Shown piece by piece: positions 1-15,082 of a stretch of 64,000 nucleotides of DNA (its first letter is position 1; every line of letters starts with the position of its first letter). Below the pieces are notes generated by a model. It saw only the letters and a list, made by a program, of their open reading frames with translations. It was not told where the DNA came from and ran no database searches. The DNA comes from Eledone cirrhosa (lineage: Eukaryota). The translations under genes were made by a program, and so were the position numbers. The stretch spans positions 157,542,001-157,606,000 of the forward strand of contig OZ024742.1 of NCBI GenBank assembly GCA_964016885.1, written 5' to 3'.

Positions 1-458
1 CTAGTTACTGCATGTAAACACAGATTGCGTAGGACTTACCTCGCCCTCAAACCCCATAACGACCCGGGGAGGGGGGTATACTAGCGCTATAACACCGCAC
101 TTGCCGATTTTGTAATGGGTAACCCCGGCTTGCAAAGGTAGACGTAAGATCTTTTATATCTTTTTATCGCTTCCTCTATATTTCCTTCTTCCCCCCATCC
201 CTCCCTAGTCCTTCCACCCCAGTTCTCTTTTTATGGCGTCGTCTTTTTCTCGCCCACCCGAGGCATCCCCTCGGTCCTTTGTAGCCTCATTACCCCCACC
301 CTCTTCCCCTATTCTATGATATATTTGGCCGACTCCGCTTTTTATAGCAGATGTGTTAGACCCCGGATACTTGCCCTCTTATCCGACCGCTGCCCCTTTT
401 CCGTGCTTTCTTTATTTCTTAGCTGTATCTTTGCTTTAATTTCTCGTATATCAGTATT

Positions 459-489
<31 letters not shown>

Positions 490-1310
490 GATTCTGAATT
501 AATTTTCCGTATCAAATTTTACATATACTTGGTACGAGCTTTTATGTAGCTTGCACTAGAACTTTTGTATCGTGGCGGCACCCTTAGAGATAGTATTAGT
601 ATTCTTTTTCGGGACTCTGAATTATTATTTCGTGGTAGTTTCTTTAGTGTGTTGGCCCCTCACTTGTTGACCCGTCACCGTAAGATATACTCTGTTTATT
701 ACTTATACCTCTTAAAAGGGTCTCATTATAATTCCGTCCCACCTAGCCTAGCAGTACCAGTGAGAGACTTAGGTCGTAGTAACCAGAAATTGTTTATTTA
801 TTTTTTATTTTTTTTATTTTTTACATTTAATTGCTTTTTATCACTCTCGATTTTTTTTCTATATATTTACCCCATATTATTATACTTGTTGTTTCGTCTT
901 CCCCCTCCTCCTCCCTAGTTTCTTCTTTGACCTCATGCCCAGCTGTAGTCGGCACTATCAACGCATGAATGGGTCTCCTCCACCCCCTCTCCCTCTTTCT
1001 CCTACTGGCAGGTTCAGCTACCCCTTACCTCCACAAATTGCCATCATAGAATTATTATGTCTCAACAACAAACTTTTGACCAATCCTTGTGACAATCACT
1101 TTTACCATATATGGAATTACCCCTTGAGAAGCTCGGCTATTCAAATACCAGGATAATAATGTTCATTTAGTCCAGAATTAGCCGTCGAAACGGCTTGAGC
1201 TCAGCCGTCGGGGTCCTACTCGTTCCTATTACCCACTCTACTACACTAAGTATTGAGTACTTTGGTGCGTTAAGGTCCACCTGGTTCTTTACCACATTTC
1301 CTCCGTTATA
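1..1310 (+). mobile_element. 3' region and pLTR of a Penelope-like element (non-coding remnant)
   Basis: 1170-1310 matches the pLTR copy at 40895-41075. It contains the 3' half of an HHR (GAAA-cggct..agccg-TC, about 1187-1209) and ends at (TA)n. Assigning 1-1170 to the element is inference from pyrimidine-rich composition similar to the PLE 3' region at 19010-20400. Confidence 0.5.
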
Positions 1311-1738
1311 ATATATATATATACATATATTTCTATATATATATATATATATATATTAGAGAGAGAGGTATTAAGAAATAGATTCGAAGTCACTGTGGCA
1401 GAATAAATACAAAATGTATTGAAATATTGCAATTGTTTCAATATCGATCAGCTGCGGGTAAAATGGTGAAATTATATTTTGTGATACAAGTTCAAAAATA
1501 ATTTCTACTGAAAAAATATCTGACTTGAAGTCATTTATTTCTAACTTTTTTTTAATATTTTGTCCAATGTATACCTGCTTCCACCTTTTAACGTGATCTT
1601 ATGAATCTATTTAAAGAGCATCACCCGCAAATATCACACTTAAATGTAGAAAGTTTCAACGGTATTTACACATATTCCTAGGAGTTACAGCAATGAGTGT
1701 GTAGTATATGAGTTAATATATGATATAGACATCAGTTC

Positions 1739-1880
<142 letters not shown>

Positions 1881-2083
1881 GAAAAACCACAGACCCTCCA
1901 TCTCAACTCTACTTTTGAAAAGCAGAAGGACTGCGAAACGGGGAAAGGAACCAGATAAATATATATATATTTTTTTAAATAAGACTCCAGTGGCATTTTC
2001 GATTTCATCTTTTTTTCTTTATACTTTCACTCGTGTAGGACATCTCGGTTATTTTTAATTTTATAAAAAAACCTCACTCTCTA

Positions 2084-2616
<533 letters not shown>

Positions 2617-3529
2617 GCATGTTTGTATGTGAGTACAATTATTATGCCGCTGCTTAGACTTAACAACGTTTCAAAGATAATAGAGTGTTATTTCGTACTG
2701 TTAATTCAAATATATTATTGGTTTACAATGTGTGATCCTTTGTCTTTTACGTTTTCGCTAAGAATAGACAAAAGATTGCCAATCGTGTTATATTTGAGTT
2801 TCAAGTGTTGTTTAGTTAACGTTATCCGTTTGATTAATGCTTTTTTTTCGTACTGTATCGACTGTGTATTATCCGTTTGATCAATGAAGTAAAACACTCT
2901 ATATTAGATAGTAGGCATGCCTGATAAAGGGACTGGTCAATGATTGTTCCAAAATTATAGTCTTTGATTTCTTTAATCACTGCAATATATTTGAAACCAA
3001 CAGAAGCCTATTTCATTGAAACAAATGCTGTGTCACGCTCAGACATATTGTTCTTTATGTTTACTTCTATCATCTATTTCAGTCGTGATTATTTACTCTA
3101 CATGATGTGTCTGTTCAATAAAAGATTATTGTCTTTTATTTCCCTTTATATTGAAACAATACTTTTCACTGCTTGTAAACGAAATGACATTTACAATTTC
3201 ACATAGAATATAGTTCTTACAATATTTATGTACACCTTGATGTTTGCGTATTAGGCAGGAAAAAATGTATTGACTACTTGAATCGAATATCCGATCTTGA
3301 TTATTTGTTTACTATGTTAGATTAATTATCTTTATTGTTATTACATTGCCATTGAGCGAAATCATTTTAGGGTCAACAAAGCACGTCTTCATACAGAGGT
3401 GTCATTTTTTCTGTCAACAGCTCGTTCATCATTGCCTGTCGCTACACACTTACGCATAGATTCATGGATACATTCACCCTCCCTCTTACACGTACGAGCA
3501 CACACGCAAACAAACATTTACACATTCAC

Positions 3530-3613
<84 letters not shown>

Positions 3614-3776
3614 TGTAGTGAAATTCGAAACGTTCAGTAGATTAGTCCAAGCAACAACAGCTAAATCTGTGGAAATATAACGGTCTACGGAAATAAGAGA
3701 TTCCCCAGCGTAACTAGCACACTCGACGCATAAAGATATGAATTTAAGTTAATTGTATACAGACACACACAAACAC

Positions 3777-3811
<35 letters not shown>

Positions 3812-4430
3812 CATATGTATAACTATATATATATAAATATATATAAATTTGAAATAGAAACCCTTGCCGTATATTTTTTAATAAAGGAATATTAGCCCGA
3901 CAGTGGGGCTTAGAAGTCTCTAAGAAATGGAAAACGATAATCATCTTCTTCCATATCTTTGAGGGTTCTATATCCCGCTGTCGGCCTAAACATTTTTAGT
4001 CACAAAAATAAGGCGTGGGCTTCTATTTCTAATTTCAAACTCGCTCACTCTTTCATGGTTTGTCAGTTATGGTATATCCGATTATTACTTGCATATAACC
4101 ATGTATTTTTCTTTTTAATTTCTTTCACTGTACTATATTTTCTTTCGGTGATGTTGCTCTTGAATATATATATATATATATATACTGTTATGTTACTATT
4201 TCTACCAAACTCGTCTCATGGAGTGAGTGCTCTACTACTACAGATATTACCCTCCAGTGTTCTACCTTTATATATATATATATTCATTAGTTAAGCAAAG
4301 CAAGACCACAAATTTCACAAGGAAGATATTATTAAAATATTGTCAACATATTTTAGTTTGATGTAAGGAATGTAGAGAATAATAATAATAATATTAATAA
4401 TAATAATGTCCGTTTACAATTGTTTCGCTA

Positions 4431-4654
4431 AAAACCTTAAATTAAACAACGTTCAATACTCACTAAAATTGGATATCGTGGCTTGGGCCCAACCGTTTAA
4501 TGGACGAAGAAAATCTTGTGATCTCTGTATTACGGAAGCATATTACATAACTCTATCACGACTTCTACCGATTAACGATAGAACGGAGGTAACTATTAGC
4601 TGTCAACATCGAAGGGCTAATTCCTTCGCCAATAGAATGTGTTACCCAACCTAA
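4431..4654 (+). pseudogene. C-terminus of a Naiad-type GIY-YIG endonuclease
   Basis: NVQYSLKLDIVAWAQPFNGRRKSCDLCITEAYYI..INDRTEVTISCQHR fits the CxLCxxE..NxRxE..CxH tail and is homologous to the end of 18579-19010. Confidence 0.85.
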
Positions 4655-5031
4655 TCATGTAGCCCCATTTTTACTTGTAGCTAATAAGTTAAATTGCTAT
4701 TAACAACTTGGATAATTAAAAGTTACCTCCCCTACATTGTCTCTCAATTAAAGACATTTTTAAATTAGCACTTAACTATAAACACCCACAAGTTCTAACC
4801 TCACGAGGAGTTACTTCCCATGAAACCACCCTCTAATTAGTAAGGTAAATATGCCCTTTGGCAGCCATTTTGTTACCCATAGGCAGATCTCACACAATGC
4901 AGCCTCGAGAGATAAATACCGCGTGATTATGGCTGACAACTGATGCAACCAAGACACCATAATAAAAACCAATATATGGAACATTATGTTATGTAACATT
5001 CTCTCATTATTTTAATTTATATTCCTTTGAA

Positions 5032-5151
5032 GTTCCGATGAAACGCTCTGTCTTTTAAATATGTTAAATATTTTCAACTGAACCAGATCAATTATGATAT
5101 ATAGTCATCTGATCCAGAAATATTATATGGAGTAGCGAAACAATTGTAAAC
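5032..5151 (+). ncRNA. Type I HHR-like motif (CCGAUGA core, long stem II insert)
   Basis: Stem I gtt/aac, core ccgatga (5035-5041), gaaa (5137-5140), palindromic stem III acaattgt, GUA triplet. The base of stem II is imperfect. Confidence 0.5.
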
Positions 5152-5457
5152 GAACTTTATTATTATTAATATTATTATTATTATTCTCTACATTCCTTAC
5201 TTCAAATTAAATATGTTGACAATCTTTTAATAATATCTTCCCTGTGAAATTTCTGGTCTTTGCTTTGCTTAACTAATACATATTTCCAGCTCTGCGCACC
5301 TAACTTCTGCATGAACCCAGCCACCTAGATGCTTTCTACTACATATTGCACATTGAGCACGTGCTTTACGCTTTGGCTTCGAACTAATTCACCAATCTCT
5401 GCTCTCATATCTCTTCTCCTATCTCCATCTCTCTCTTTAAGATTGGTTACTCTTGAA

Positions 5458-5510
<53 letters not shown>

Positions 5511-5524
5511 TTTTACTATAAATG

Positions 5525-5572
5525 AGATTCTACAGGACTAGAACTGTTTCATTCTTGAGAATTCATCCGATT
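5525..5572 (-). ncRNA. Degenerate HHR, same family as 59602-59650
   Basis: The reverse complement reads cGGATGA-attc-tcaa-gaat-GAAA-cag..ctg-TA-gaatc. The core and the 5' strand of stem I are mutated. Confidence 0.55.
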
Positions 5573-5689
5573 CAACAGAAAAGAACTTACCTAAAATATG
5601 TTCACAATCTTTTAATAACATCTTTTAACAATATATGTTTCAACACACGTTTTCAGATAAAGAATCTTGCTTGACAAATTCTTCAGAAA

Positions 5690-5741
<52 letters not shown>

Positions 5742-5743
<2 letters not shown>

Positions 5744-7185
5744 TTTCTGAAGAATTAGTTTAGCAAGATTCTTTATCTGAAAACGTGTGTTGGAACATAT
5801 ATTGTTATACTTTGGGAGGGTCATGTTGCCAATAAGAAACACACGCACCAGTAGCTTTCACTCCACAACCGGACGGTTGTCACAGTTCTTTTGTCACACA
5901 TTATGTGACCTCTTCAGTGACTGGGGATTTTTTTCTTTGTTTTGTGTCGCTCCTTTGTTCTGTCCTAAGCCATCTTGTTTTTGTGTGTGATGTGTGCTTA
6001 GTTTGCGCATGTGTTACATCCGGGTGTCTGTGTGTGTTTTAATTTGTTTATTTATTTGTTTATTTACATGTTACTGGTTGGTTGTTTGTTCTATGTGTGT
6101 GTGTTTTCATTTTGGCCTTAATTGTAAGTTGTGATGTTGCTATTTTATTCATGTTGTCTATTTAATTTTGGTTGGAGTTAATTTATGTTTATTGCCTCTG
6201 TTATTTGTCTAAACATTGCGTCTTTTCTGTGTGTAGATTTTATTTTTATTTCTATGTTCTCTAATTTGCCCTTATCCTCTATTTTAGCATGTTGGTGGAG
6301 TGTTGATGATTCTTTTCTATCTTGAAGCTTTCGCCAGTGTTCATGTAACCGCTCACCTATACTACGATATGTCTCACCTATGGACACTATATTCTTATAT
6401 TTACATTGTCCTTCAGTACATCTTATCCTATATACTATGTTTCTAGTTTTACGGGGCTTAGTTTACAGATTATGCATGTCTTATCTATACAGGGGTGTCT
6501 CTGAAAAGGGTATGTATTACTAATAAGTGTTTTTATGGAGGTACCTGGTCTTTCTACTATCTTAATATTAAGTTTAAGTTTATCTAGGGCCCTTCTAAAT
6601 GTGTAAGTTAATTCACCTCTAGGGGTTGTATTGATGAACATTACACTCTGGTATTTATTGCTATCATACCATGAGTTTATTCTATTAACCTTATTCCTAG
6701 TTCTTTCTATTCTATTCCAAAATTTGCTCCTATACAAGGAGCAGGTCCCATCTGTATCATTATTTACCATTTTTTTCCCATTTGGATCTCGCTCCTCTAT
6801 ATACTCTGATTTTATATCTCTGATTGTAACCAGAGAACTGTATACGGTAGATGAAGTGTTGTATGTGTAACTCTAGTTCTTTGGGGTTGCACATGCGAGA
6901 CACGTTTCTCATCACCCGTACTAAATCCGCAATCAGTATGTTGATTTTGGTGTGATCCGAAACACCTGAGTTTCGGTGGATCAGATATTTGGAAGTCATG
7001 GGTTTGGCATAATAGGAATGGAGGATTTGTTTTTTTGTTATTAATGGTTTCTTCGACAATATATGAACAACCGTCCGGTTGTGGAACCAACCAATCAGCC
7101 AACCGGAAATTTATAAAAAAATTGGAGTGAAATCAACTGGTGCGTGTGTTTCTTATTGGCAACATGACCCTACCAAACTATAACA

Positions 7186-7190
<5 letters not shown>
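5742..7190 (-). mobile_element. 5'-truncated non-Naiad PLE (RT thumb, Cys-rich linker, GIY-YIG), frameshifted
   Basis: Fragments in order: YYAKPMTSKYLIHRNS..IQFSGY (6760-7030), VMFINTTPRGEL..IKIVERPGTSIK..CxxxxCxxC (6435-6770), IGETYRSIGERLHEH..RQITEAININ (6178-6387). An inverted pLTR at about 7055-7190 matches 5798-5883. Confidence 0.85.
5879..5921 (-). ncRNA. HHR remnant in the pLTR
   Basis: Reverse complement: gtca-CTGAAGA-ggtcac..gtgac-aAAA-gaactg-tgac. G12 and the cleavage triplet are mutated. Related copies occur at 23142-23184 and 34276-34318. Confidence 0.55.
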
Positions 7191-7216
<26 letters not shown>

Positions 7217-8729
7217 AGTGTGTGTGCGTCAGATTACTGCTTGTATGATCCTATATATTAAAAAACAATGTTACTTGTTACTTTTGAGGTTGTGTTCCGT
7301 TTCAGATGTCTTGCCGTCCTCTCTTCAGTTCGACTATTCCACACTCTGTTTCAAAAGTTTCTCTTAGCTTTCGTTAGTACTTCGTTTCTAGTTACTTGTA
7401 TTCGTTTACTTTCGGTGATTTTGTTGTCCAATGAGTTATATCCACCTTACGTGCGGAAATGTTCGTATAATTATTTCCTCTCATGAACGCAAACTAATAA
7501 TTAATCAGATTTCATTGGATCAGTTCAGTTTTATGAACTTTACACTTAAATAACTCGTTAAAATATGTGATTGTCTATCATGTGATTTACAATATTTGAA
7601 CCACATTAATGGAAATGTAAATTCATTTCAACATTTGCATGATTGTTTTCTGACTCTGATGAGATGATTTTAACTTTTGGAACTATGTTTCCCTATCAAG
7701 AATTGGAAACATAACGGGAAGGGAAAATGAAATTGTGTGATTAGAACATTATTACGGGCTAAATTATAATTTATTTCGGGATATTTTCTGTGTGACGTCT
7801 CTGATGTACTCTGGCTTAAACCAGTTTTCATTCTTCTTTTAGTTTATATTCTACATATAGTTTATATTCTGCTTTTAGTTTATATTCTGCTGTTTCACAA
7901 AATAATTCTTAATGTTTCCAGTATGTTATATCACATAGCAATGCGTTTAAATACAAAACCGCAGGTAAAAATAATGTATCTTTCATTTTGATGATCTGTC
8001 ATACATTTTCTTCGTTATATTCACTGTATATTAACAGTTGTCATTTTCATACGCATAAACTCAAATCTCTTTATTTCTTTTGATCAGTTTAAGTATTGAT
8101 CTCCTAAAATCAATCTTATTGTCTTACATTCGAAATTGAGGACCATCTGATAAACTAAAATGTTCCATGCCTTCAAAGGCATCCTGTGGTGTAAATCAAA
8201 GGCATTGTAATATTCCAGATTGATATATGATGGGAAGTCTCTCGATGAGGGTATGATTCTAATTTGATATAACGCTTTGTAGTAAATGGAAATGCCTTCC
8301 TTCTGTGTGGTTCACGCTCTACGATTACGCAATCAGCCGTTTTTGTGATGTCACGTGTTAAATGCACATAGTTGTTATCTCGGACCCGTACGAAGACATA
8401 TTCATCCCAATCACACGGCTTTGGCCAAGAATCTCTGTATATGTGTGTCTATAAGAATAAGCTGTTTGATAATTACTAATGTATCCACCTCACATACCAT
8501 TAGAAAGCACTTTGAAGTTGCCTTGTTAATTCAAACCAAATCCTTACAAAGTCTGTCAATATGTCTTGGTATCAGGACAGACAGGAAGACGAATGTTTTC
8601 AGATTTTGATATTGTGAATAGAGTGCACTCTAGGATGACATGAGATTCCCTTTAAATTCAACGCCTGATTTAAATGGAACTAAACCATATACAAACTGCT
8701 GACTCTAGCAAATATTGTCTATCGATAAT

Positions 8730-8914
8730 TGTTTCTACTTTTTGGCACAAGGCCAGCAAATTACCCAGTGCATTACTGGTACTTTATTTTATCGACCCCT
8801 AAGGATGAAAAGCAAAGTCCACCTCAGCGGGATTTGAACTCAAATCGTTAAGGGACGTAACTATGCTGGAAAGCATTGCCCCCGACCCTCAACCGATACT
8901 GCCAATCCACCGCC
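8730..8914 (-). mobile_element. Full-length tRNA-derived SINE with 19-bp target-site duplication (TSD)
   Basis: Starts GGCGGTGGATTGGCAGTATCGG (A box) and has B box GAGTTCAAATCC. TSD aatattgtctatcgataat at 8711-8729 and 8915-8933. Confidence 0.93.
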
Positions 8915-11160
8915 AATATTGTCTATCGATAATGCTAATAGATATATAATGTAATCTGTTGTACAGATACTGCTCCTAAGATTGCACATTTTTCATAGAT
9001 CAATGTACACATATCGCTCGTTACAACGTATTAAATACTTGTTCAAACTTATGACAACACGGAATACATTTTTCTGCTAGAGGTTTTAGCCCCAAACAAC
9101 ATATTTTATCTTTAGAAATAACAAAAAATTTAACATTCATTATATATATAAATCTGATTTTCTTTCCCTTCAAAACACGAGAAAAGTTTTTTACACGGCA
9201 AATATATTCCCTGTGGCATAACTTTATGCATATTTCGAAAAGTGGTTTTGCAGATTCTTTAACCTTTCATGAATAATTTGACATTGCATATTTTTGTGTA
9301 TGTTTAACCATGCGAGCTACGTTGTACCGTGTTATGTACATGTGTATACATGTATAGGCATATCACTATCTATCTATCAATCTGTATAACTTATTTCTTC
9401 TTGCTCCCCCAATCTGTTTCTATCCAATACACTCTCTATATTGTTTCTCCCTCCACCCACAGATGCACACACACATATACCTACCCATATATACATAAAT
9501 ATATGTGCATATATATGTGTGCGCGCGTGTTTGAATGTGCGTACGTGACTACATTTGTAGATGAGATGTAGATGTGTATGTTTGACAGGATAGTTCCCGC
9601 TTACAGAGAACACCTGCTTACAGGGAATGAATAATCCTCTAAATCTCATTTTTTTAAGATTCCATGAATCCTGCGTTGACTTCACAAACATTCCAATAAG
9701 CCTTAGGTATTAGCGTTAAGGATATAGCTGCGAAAAAGCTCTATGTATTATATTGATTCCTATTGAACCGGGGTAAGGGGATACGTGTGAAAATATATTG
9801 ATTGAATCACAATATAACACTAGCATATTTTTGTTTTATTTTTTGTTGTTGTTGCTTTTAAATATAATATCAGTGTTGGCACAATATGATGTCATCCATA
9901 TACGACAGTACGAATAATTGTTTCAGTACAAAAATTTCACCTTTTATATGTTTCTTCTTGTGTGTGAACGCTTTGTAAAATGAAACTACTTGACTCAACG
10001 CCAATCGGAAAATGGATCAGCTCATATGAAACAATATTTCTATTCCAGCTTTCGGGTTTAAAACAAGACTGATTTCAATCAACTCATATGCTCGAGTTTC
10101 AGCTTCTCTGCAACGTGTTTTATTTCCGAGAATTCCATCTACATTTTACTATGTTTTTTATTTTGCCTACCAGATATATTTAGCCCCTTATAAGAGATTC
10201 TATAAGATTTGTTTTTCTTATTTTAGATCCCATTATCGCAGTAAAACCACTTTCCGAAAATCATTTAAATGTTCAATTATTGTTGTTTTAGAGGGGATTT
10301 AACTGCCTTATTTTGTATGTGATATCTCCCTATTTTTGCGGAACGATGTTTAAGCTATATGTAACCTATATTATCCAACAAACCCGGTTATCACATAAAG
10401 TACCAGTGTGTTATTTAATGGGAAATGACTGCCCGTTCTCGCCTGTCGAATTAATAGTTTGCATACCTTGTGATCTACTCAGGTACGAAGTAGATATTCA
10501 ACTATACCAATAGCATTCAACAAGCTAATTTCTTAATTCCAATAAATCCCCAACAATGATCATAATAAATGGCTACGTTTTACCAAATATTGAAAATCTG
10601 TAGAAAGGTGATGATTTATATTCTATTAAAAATGATTCTTTGGAGTTGAGATAATTAATCTGATTCCTGGATTTGTTAGAGTATATCATATTTCTCTTTA
10701 AACCCCTCTGCAGGCGTTTTTCTAGGTAAATTAAATCATTTATTAGGGTGTCACATAATTTCTGTTGCTTTTTTATATGAAATATAGTAAGGTTAAACCA
10801 AAGAGTTATATATATATAAATGATAAAAATAAATACCCTGATGAGCAATACCCTTCTGCCAATACAATCATTTATAGTTTACCTATAACAATTCAACTTT
10901 ACTAGAATCGGTAAATTCTTTGACTACCTCTATATCTGCTGAGACTGGATTCGTTTATTGTTTGTACAACTGTCTAGATCATTTGAAGCTGATACCCGTT
11001 CGGGGAAAGATCAGAGGGAAACCAATGTCTACAGAAACATTATATTTTTGGTTACACGTTTGCATGCCATATTCTTCCCATACTTTTGAAACATCAAACC
11101 ATGTCTGTTGAAAAAGACACGCTCTTTAGGAGCATTCTTTTGTGCATTTTCCATAAATAC

Positions 11161-11340
11161 TAATTGTTTCTACTTTTGGAACAAGGTCAGCAATTACCCG
11201 GTACAAACACTTTATTTTATCGATCCTGTAAGGATGAAAAGCAAAGTTAATCTCGGTGGGATTTGAACTCAGAATGGCAAGGGCCGTAACTCTATACGCC
11301 AAAGCATGGCGTCTGATACCGATACTGATAATCCACCAAT
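11161..11340 (-). mobile_element. tRNA-derived SINE
   Basis: Same family as 8730-8914 (gagttcaaatccc..ctttcatccttac..gataaaataaagt). Confidence 0.9.
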
Positions 11341-13530
11341 ATTTAAACATTATATTTGTTTATCCCAGTTTCAAGAAACACTAGTTAACTATTTCTTGAA
11401 CAGCTCACATTATTATCATCATACACATTTCTTGAGGTAACGCATTGTTGTTGTAGAGAATCCCCTTTCTTCACCCGTTGGGACACCTTTAAGCAAAGGG
11501 CAACTTTGCGTTCCGTATGAAATCAGTAGACCTCATTTATCCATCTTCCTTTTCGCTCAAATTGCACAAAAGTTTCTGCGTGTTTTGTCAAGTGTTTGCT
11601 CATTCCACCCATGATAACATTCGTGTAGCTCTTATGTGCAAACACAAACAAACAACGATCTTTACCAAATGACATGGATATTTGATGGATGCAGTTTCAG
11701 AACCTGAATATCTCAACTTCTTTTAATAAAGTAAATTCACAAGCAATTTGTTCTTGATCCACCTGGTTTTGCCTTACGAAAGTAAATAAAAGTCAGTCAC
11801 TTAACAAATTTAAATTTGTATTAAAATTAAAGTCTTATTTTATGGATTACAAAGATTCTGTGAAAAAAAGCATAACAAATAATGAGAGAACCTAATAAAT
11901 GCCGCATTGGATTTGGGTTCCCTTTTTCGAACCTGTGATTAAGTTTTTCTATCGTAATTTAGAAATCTGTTAGATACTTGTATTCAATTTCCGAAAGATA
12001 TCTTACTTATACTCACCCTATGTACTGATTTTTTAAAAGGTTTTATGCGTCGACAATTTTATACATCACTACCTGTTATTCTGAATTATGAGATGAGTAC
12101 AGTAGCTAATAATTAATCTAAAGAAATCATAATGGCAATGACTTATAGATAGCTATACGAGTAAATTTCTGTAGTTAATAATTTCTGCATAGATAATTAT
12201 TTGTATGAAAAATAAAAGACATCGCTACATCATCAATGTATAATCATAATCATGTTTAACTTATCACTTATTCGTCAGTTCGGTTAACATTTCGTCAGTT
12301 CGGTTAACATTTCTTCGTTTATCGTTTTATCTACTTAGCATAGTATTTTATTCACACCATTTATCTGGGGATCAAATGAAAGTTTTTTTACCATTCAGGT
12401 CACTCATGACATTCGTATTACAGATTTACTTATGTTATTTTACAAAGATCTTCATAGAAAAGCAAAACAGACTATCAAAAGTAACAAAAATGAAATGGAA
12501 AATGAAAATAAAACAGAAGCAAGCAACGAGAGGAAAATTGTGGAGGGACAGGCTCTACAACCCTATCCAAGAGGTGTCTCAGGCGCACCCCAGGGAAAAA
12601 TGGCAAATTCATCATGAGTGAAGAATAGCCAAAACACCCACTGCGATAACTACGAATCTTCAAGGTGCTACTACCTCAAGCAGGCCAATGTATATCTGAT
12701 TTCACGAAGAAAATCAGCAGTGCCTGGACCAAGGACCTCAGAGAGCACAAAAAACACAAGTGCAAAGCAAAACTGGTTGACAGGCCCTGGTTTTACCTAT
12801 CTTTCTCTCCTCCAGATTGTGGAGCTCGGGTTTGTAACCTGAGAGACTTTTTTCGGGGCGGAGGACGAGTCGCAGCACCCCACGTCACAAATTAGAGATG
12901 TGACTCTTCCGAAAGGAAGAGTGGTAATGCGTCGGACGCTTTCCATCGCCACGATCGAACCCAGCCGGCTCAAATTGTAATTAGCGGGGGAGACGGTCTG
13001 CACTAAGGCAGCAACACTGAATTTGCCAACAATTCCACCATTATGGCATTTGTGTGGCCAACACACACGGACACTGAGGCGGTGTACCACCCCAACGCAG
13101 GTGAACTCCTCATCAAGAAGGCAGCGAATTGAACGAAACACCAATGTTTCGTTGCATGGTTTACGTTAGTTATGTGAGACGGTGTTGGTCCACAAAAAGA
13201 CTCAATCCGCCTTAAGGTGAACTTGCACCAGTTTTTATAACAATTATGTTAGTTTTATATTTTAGCACATTACAATGTCATAGATTCTAAAGCAATGATT
13301 GAACTATGGAAGGAAAAATGAAATATAAATTGTATGCGTTGTTCTTTTCGAACTGTTAGGAAGTACGCCTTTCATTAATTTTATGGGCAGAACTTAAAGA
13401 GGATATTTCGTGCGTCGAACATGAATTTTCTACAATTTGCATAAAAATATTGATGTTGCCATGCAAAAAAAATAATTATATATAATGTCCACGATAACGA
13501 AAAACAACACGTACTTCCACACACACGCAC

Positions 13531-13580
<50 letters not shown>

Positions 13581-15041
13581 ATGAGTATGTGCACATAAAC
13601 AAACTGACATTTTTTATTACACGCTACGATTTTGTCAGGTTTATTGTGTCTCAAAAATATAATTCACTTAAATTGTTCGACCTAATATACTGAACCTGTC
13701 TGTAGATTTATGCATCCGTGAACTCAGATATTCCCAATAGAAATCATTTCTTACAAGGTATACGGCAATATCGTCATCTTGAAAATGGTTACCGCCAAGA
13801 AAAAAAGAAACGTGATTGTGTTTTTGTTTTTAATGAAGGCCCTGACCATGCACTGGTATTGAACTATTTAAGAGACGCAATGCCGCAGACTTATTAAGAA
13901 GAGACCAAAGAGATTTTATAATTTTCCTTACTTTCGCCTCAGAGTGGATATCGTAGAATCATATAAAGGTGCCTTTAATCTATACTCAGATTGATTAAAG
14001 TAGATCATGTAATATTTGCATCGCTTGGTTGTATTCTGCCCGAGGGATGAAAGGTCCGACTTATATTTTTAATGCAACGAGCAACTCCATAGGAGCTTCC
14101 ACGTAGGGGTCGCCATACTATTGACAGAAGTTTCGGAATAAATATAACCTATTGTTCAGTAACGTTCAGCTGAATTTTTATTTCTTGATCCGAATGGAGT
14201 GGAAATGATCGCATGATATATCCTACTTTATAAATTAAGTGCCAGCCATATACAGCGAGTATCTAATTAGTGTTGATCATTTAGTGTTCTGAACAGACGA
14301 AATTTCTCAACAATTTTCTGGGTGATTGATTCCTCCGTTAGAATAATTCATCTCATTACGCAACTTATACAAATGGGAAAGTAATGAACGTCACATCATC
14401 TTTCATATATATAATCAAGTGTACATAGACAAATGTAAATAGTAATTACGATAGAATATTTAAATTTGCGAATAAAGAAATGGAATGACTTTCTGGTTCT
14501 AATTTAACTGTTTCATTGCAATAAATGTTTAGTTTAGAGGAATTTCATGAATAAACAAGGTTAAATACATCATTCAAAATAACAAACCAACCGTGTAATG
14601 GAACGAAATGATATCCGAGAAACACAAGAAAGTTTTTAATTTATTCTCTCCATAGCATATACTGATATTTCCTTTTGTATCCGTTAAATAGACATTCATA
14701 AAGAACCACAAATATCAATGCACTTATACACATGCCGACAGAATTATATGTCTATATTCCTATATGCATGAATATACATATACAATTGCATAAATGTATA
14801 TACGCGTATATGCTTATGTATATGTGTGTATATGTGTGTATTTAATTAAATATAACGGTATAACTTAATAGATATATGCATATATGCTTACATACACACT
14901 GAAATATAAATAAACTAAGAAATAGAGACACATTCGAGATTGCATTATCACATATTAATAGAAAGAAATAATCGGACACATAGCTACATACTAATCATAT
15001 ATGCATATTATCTTGCGCACATATGAACACGATAATGAGCA

Positions 15042-15078
<37 letters not shown>

Positions 15079-15082
<4 letters not shown>

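Larger units (their letters stand above)
4286..5460 (+). mobile_element. 5'-truncated Naiad-type PLE with inverted partial pLTR at its 5' end
   Basis: 4286-4430 is the reverse complement of 5133-5277. Between them lies an endonuclease C-terminal fragment, and an HHR-like motif lies at 5032-5151. The element ends at (TA)n. Confidence 0.85.

Noticed and set aside
12530-13210. GC-richer segment, possibly a retroelement ORF1 or BEL/Pao relic (WLTGPGF, HLCGQH)
   Set aside because: The motifs are too short and broken to assign without a homology search.
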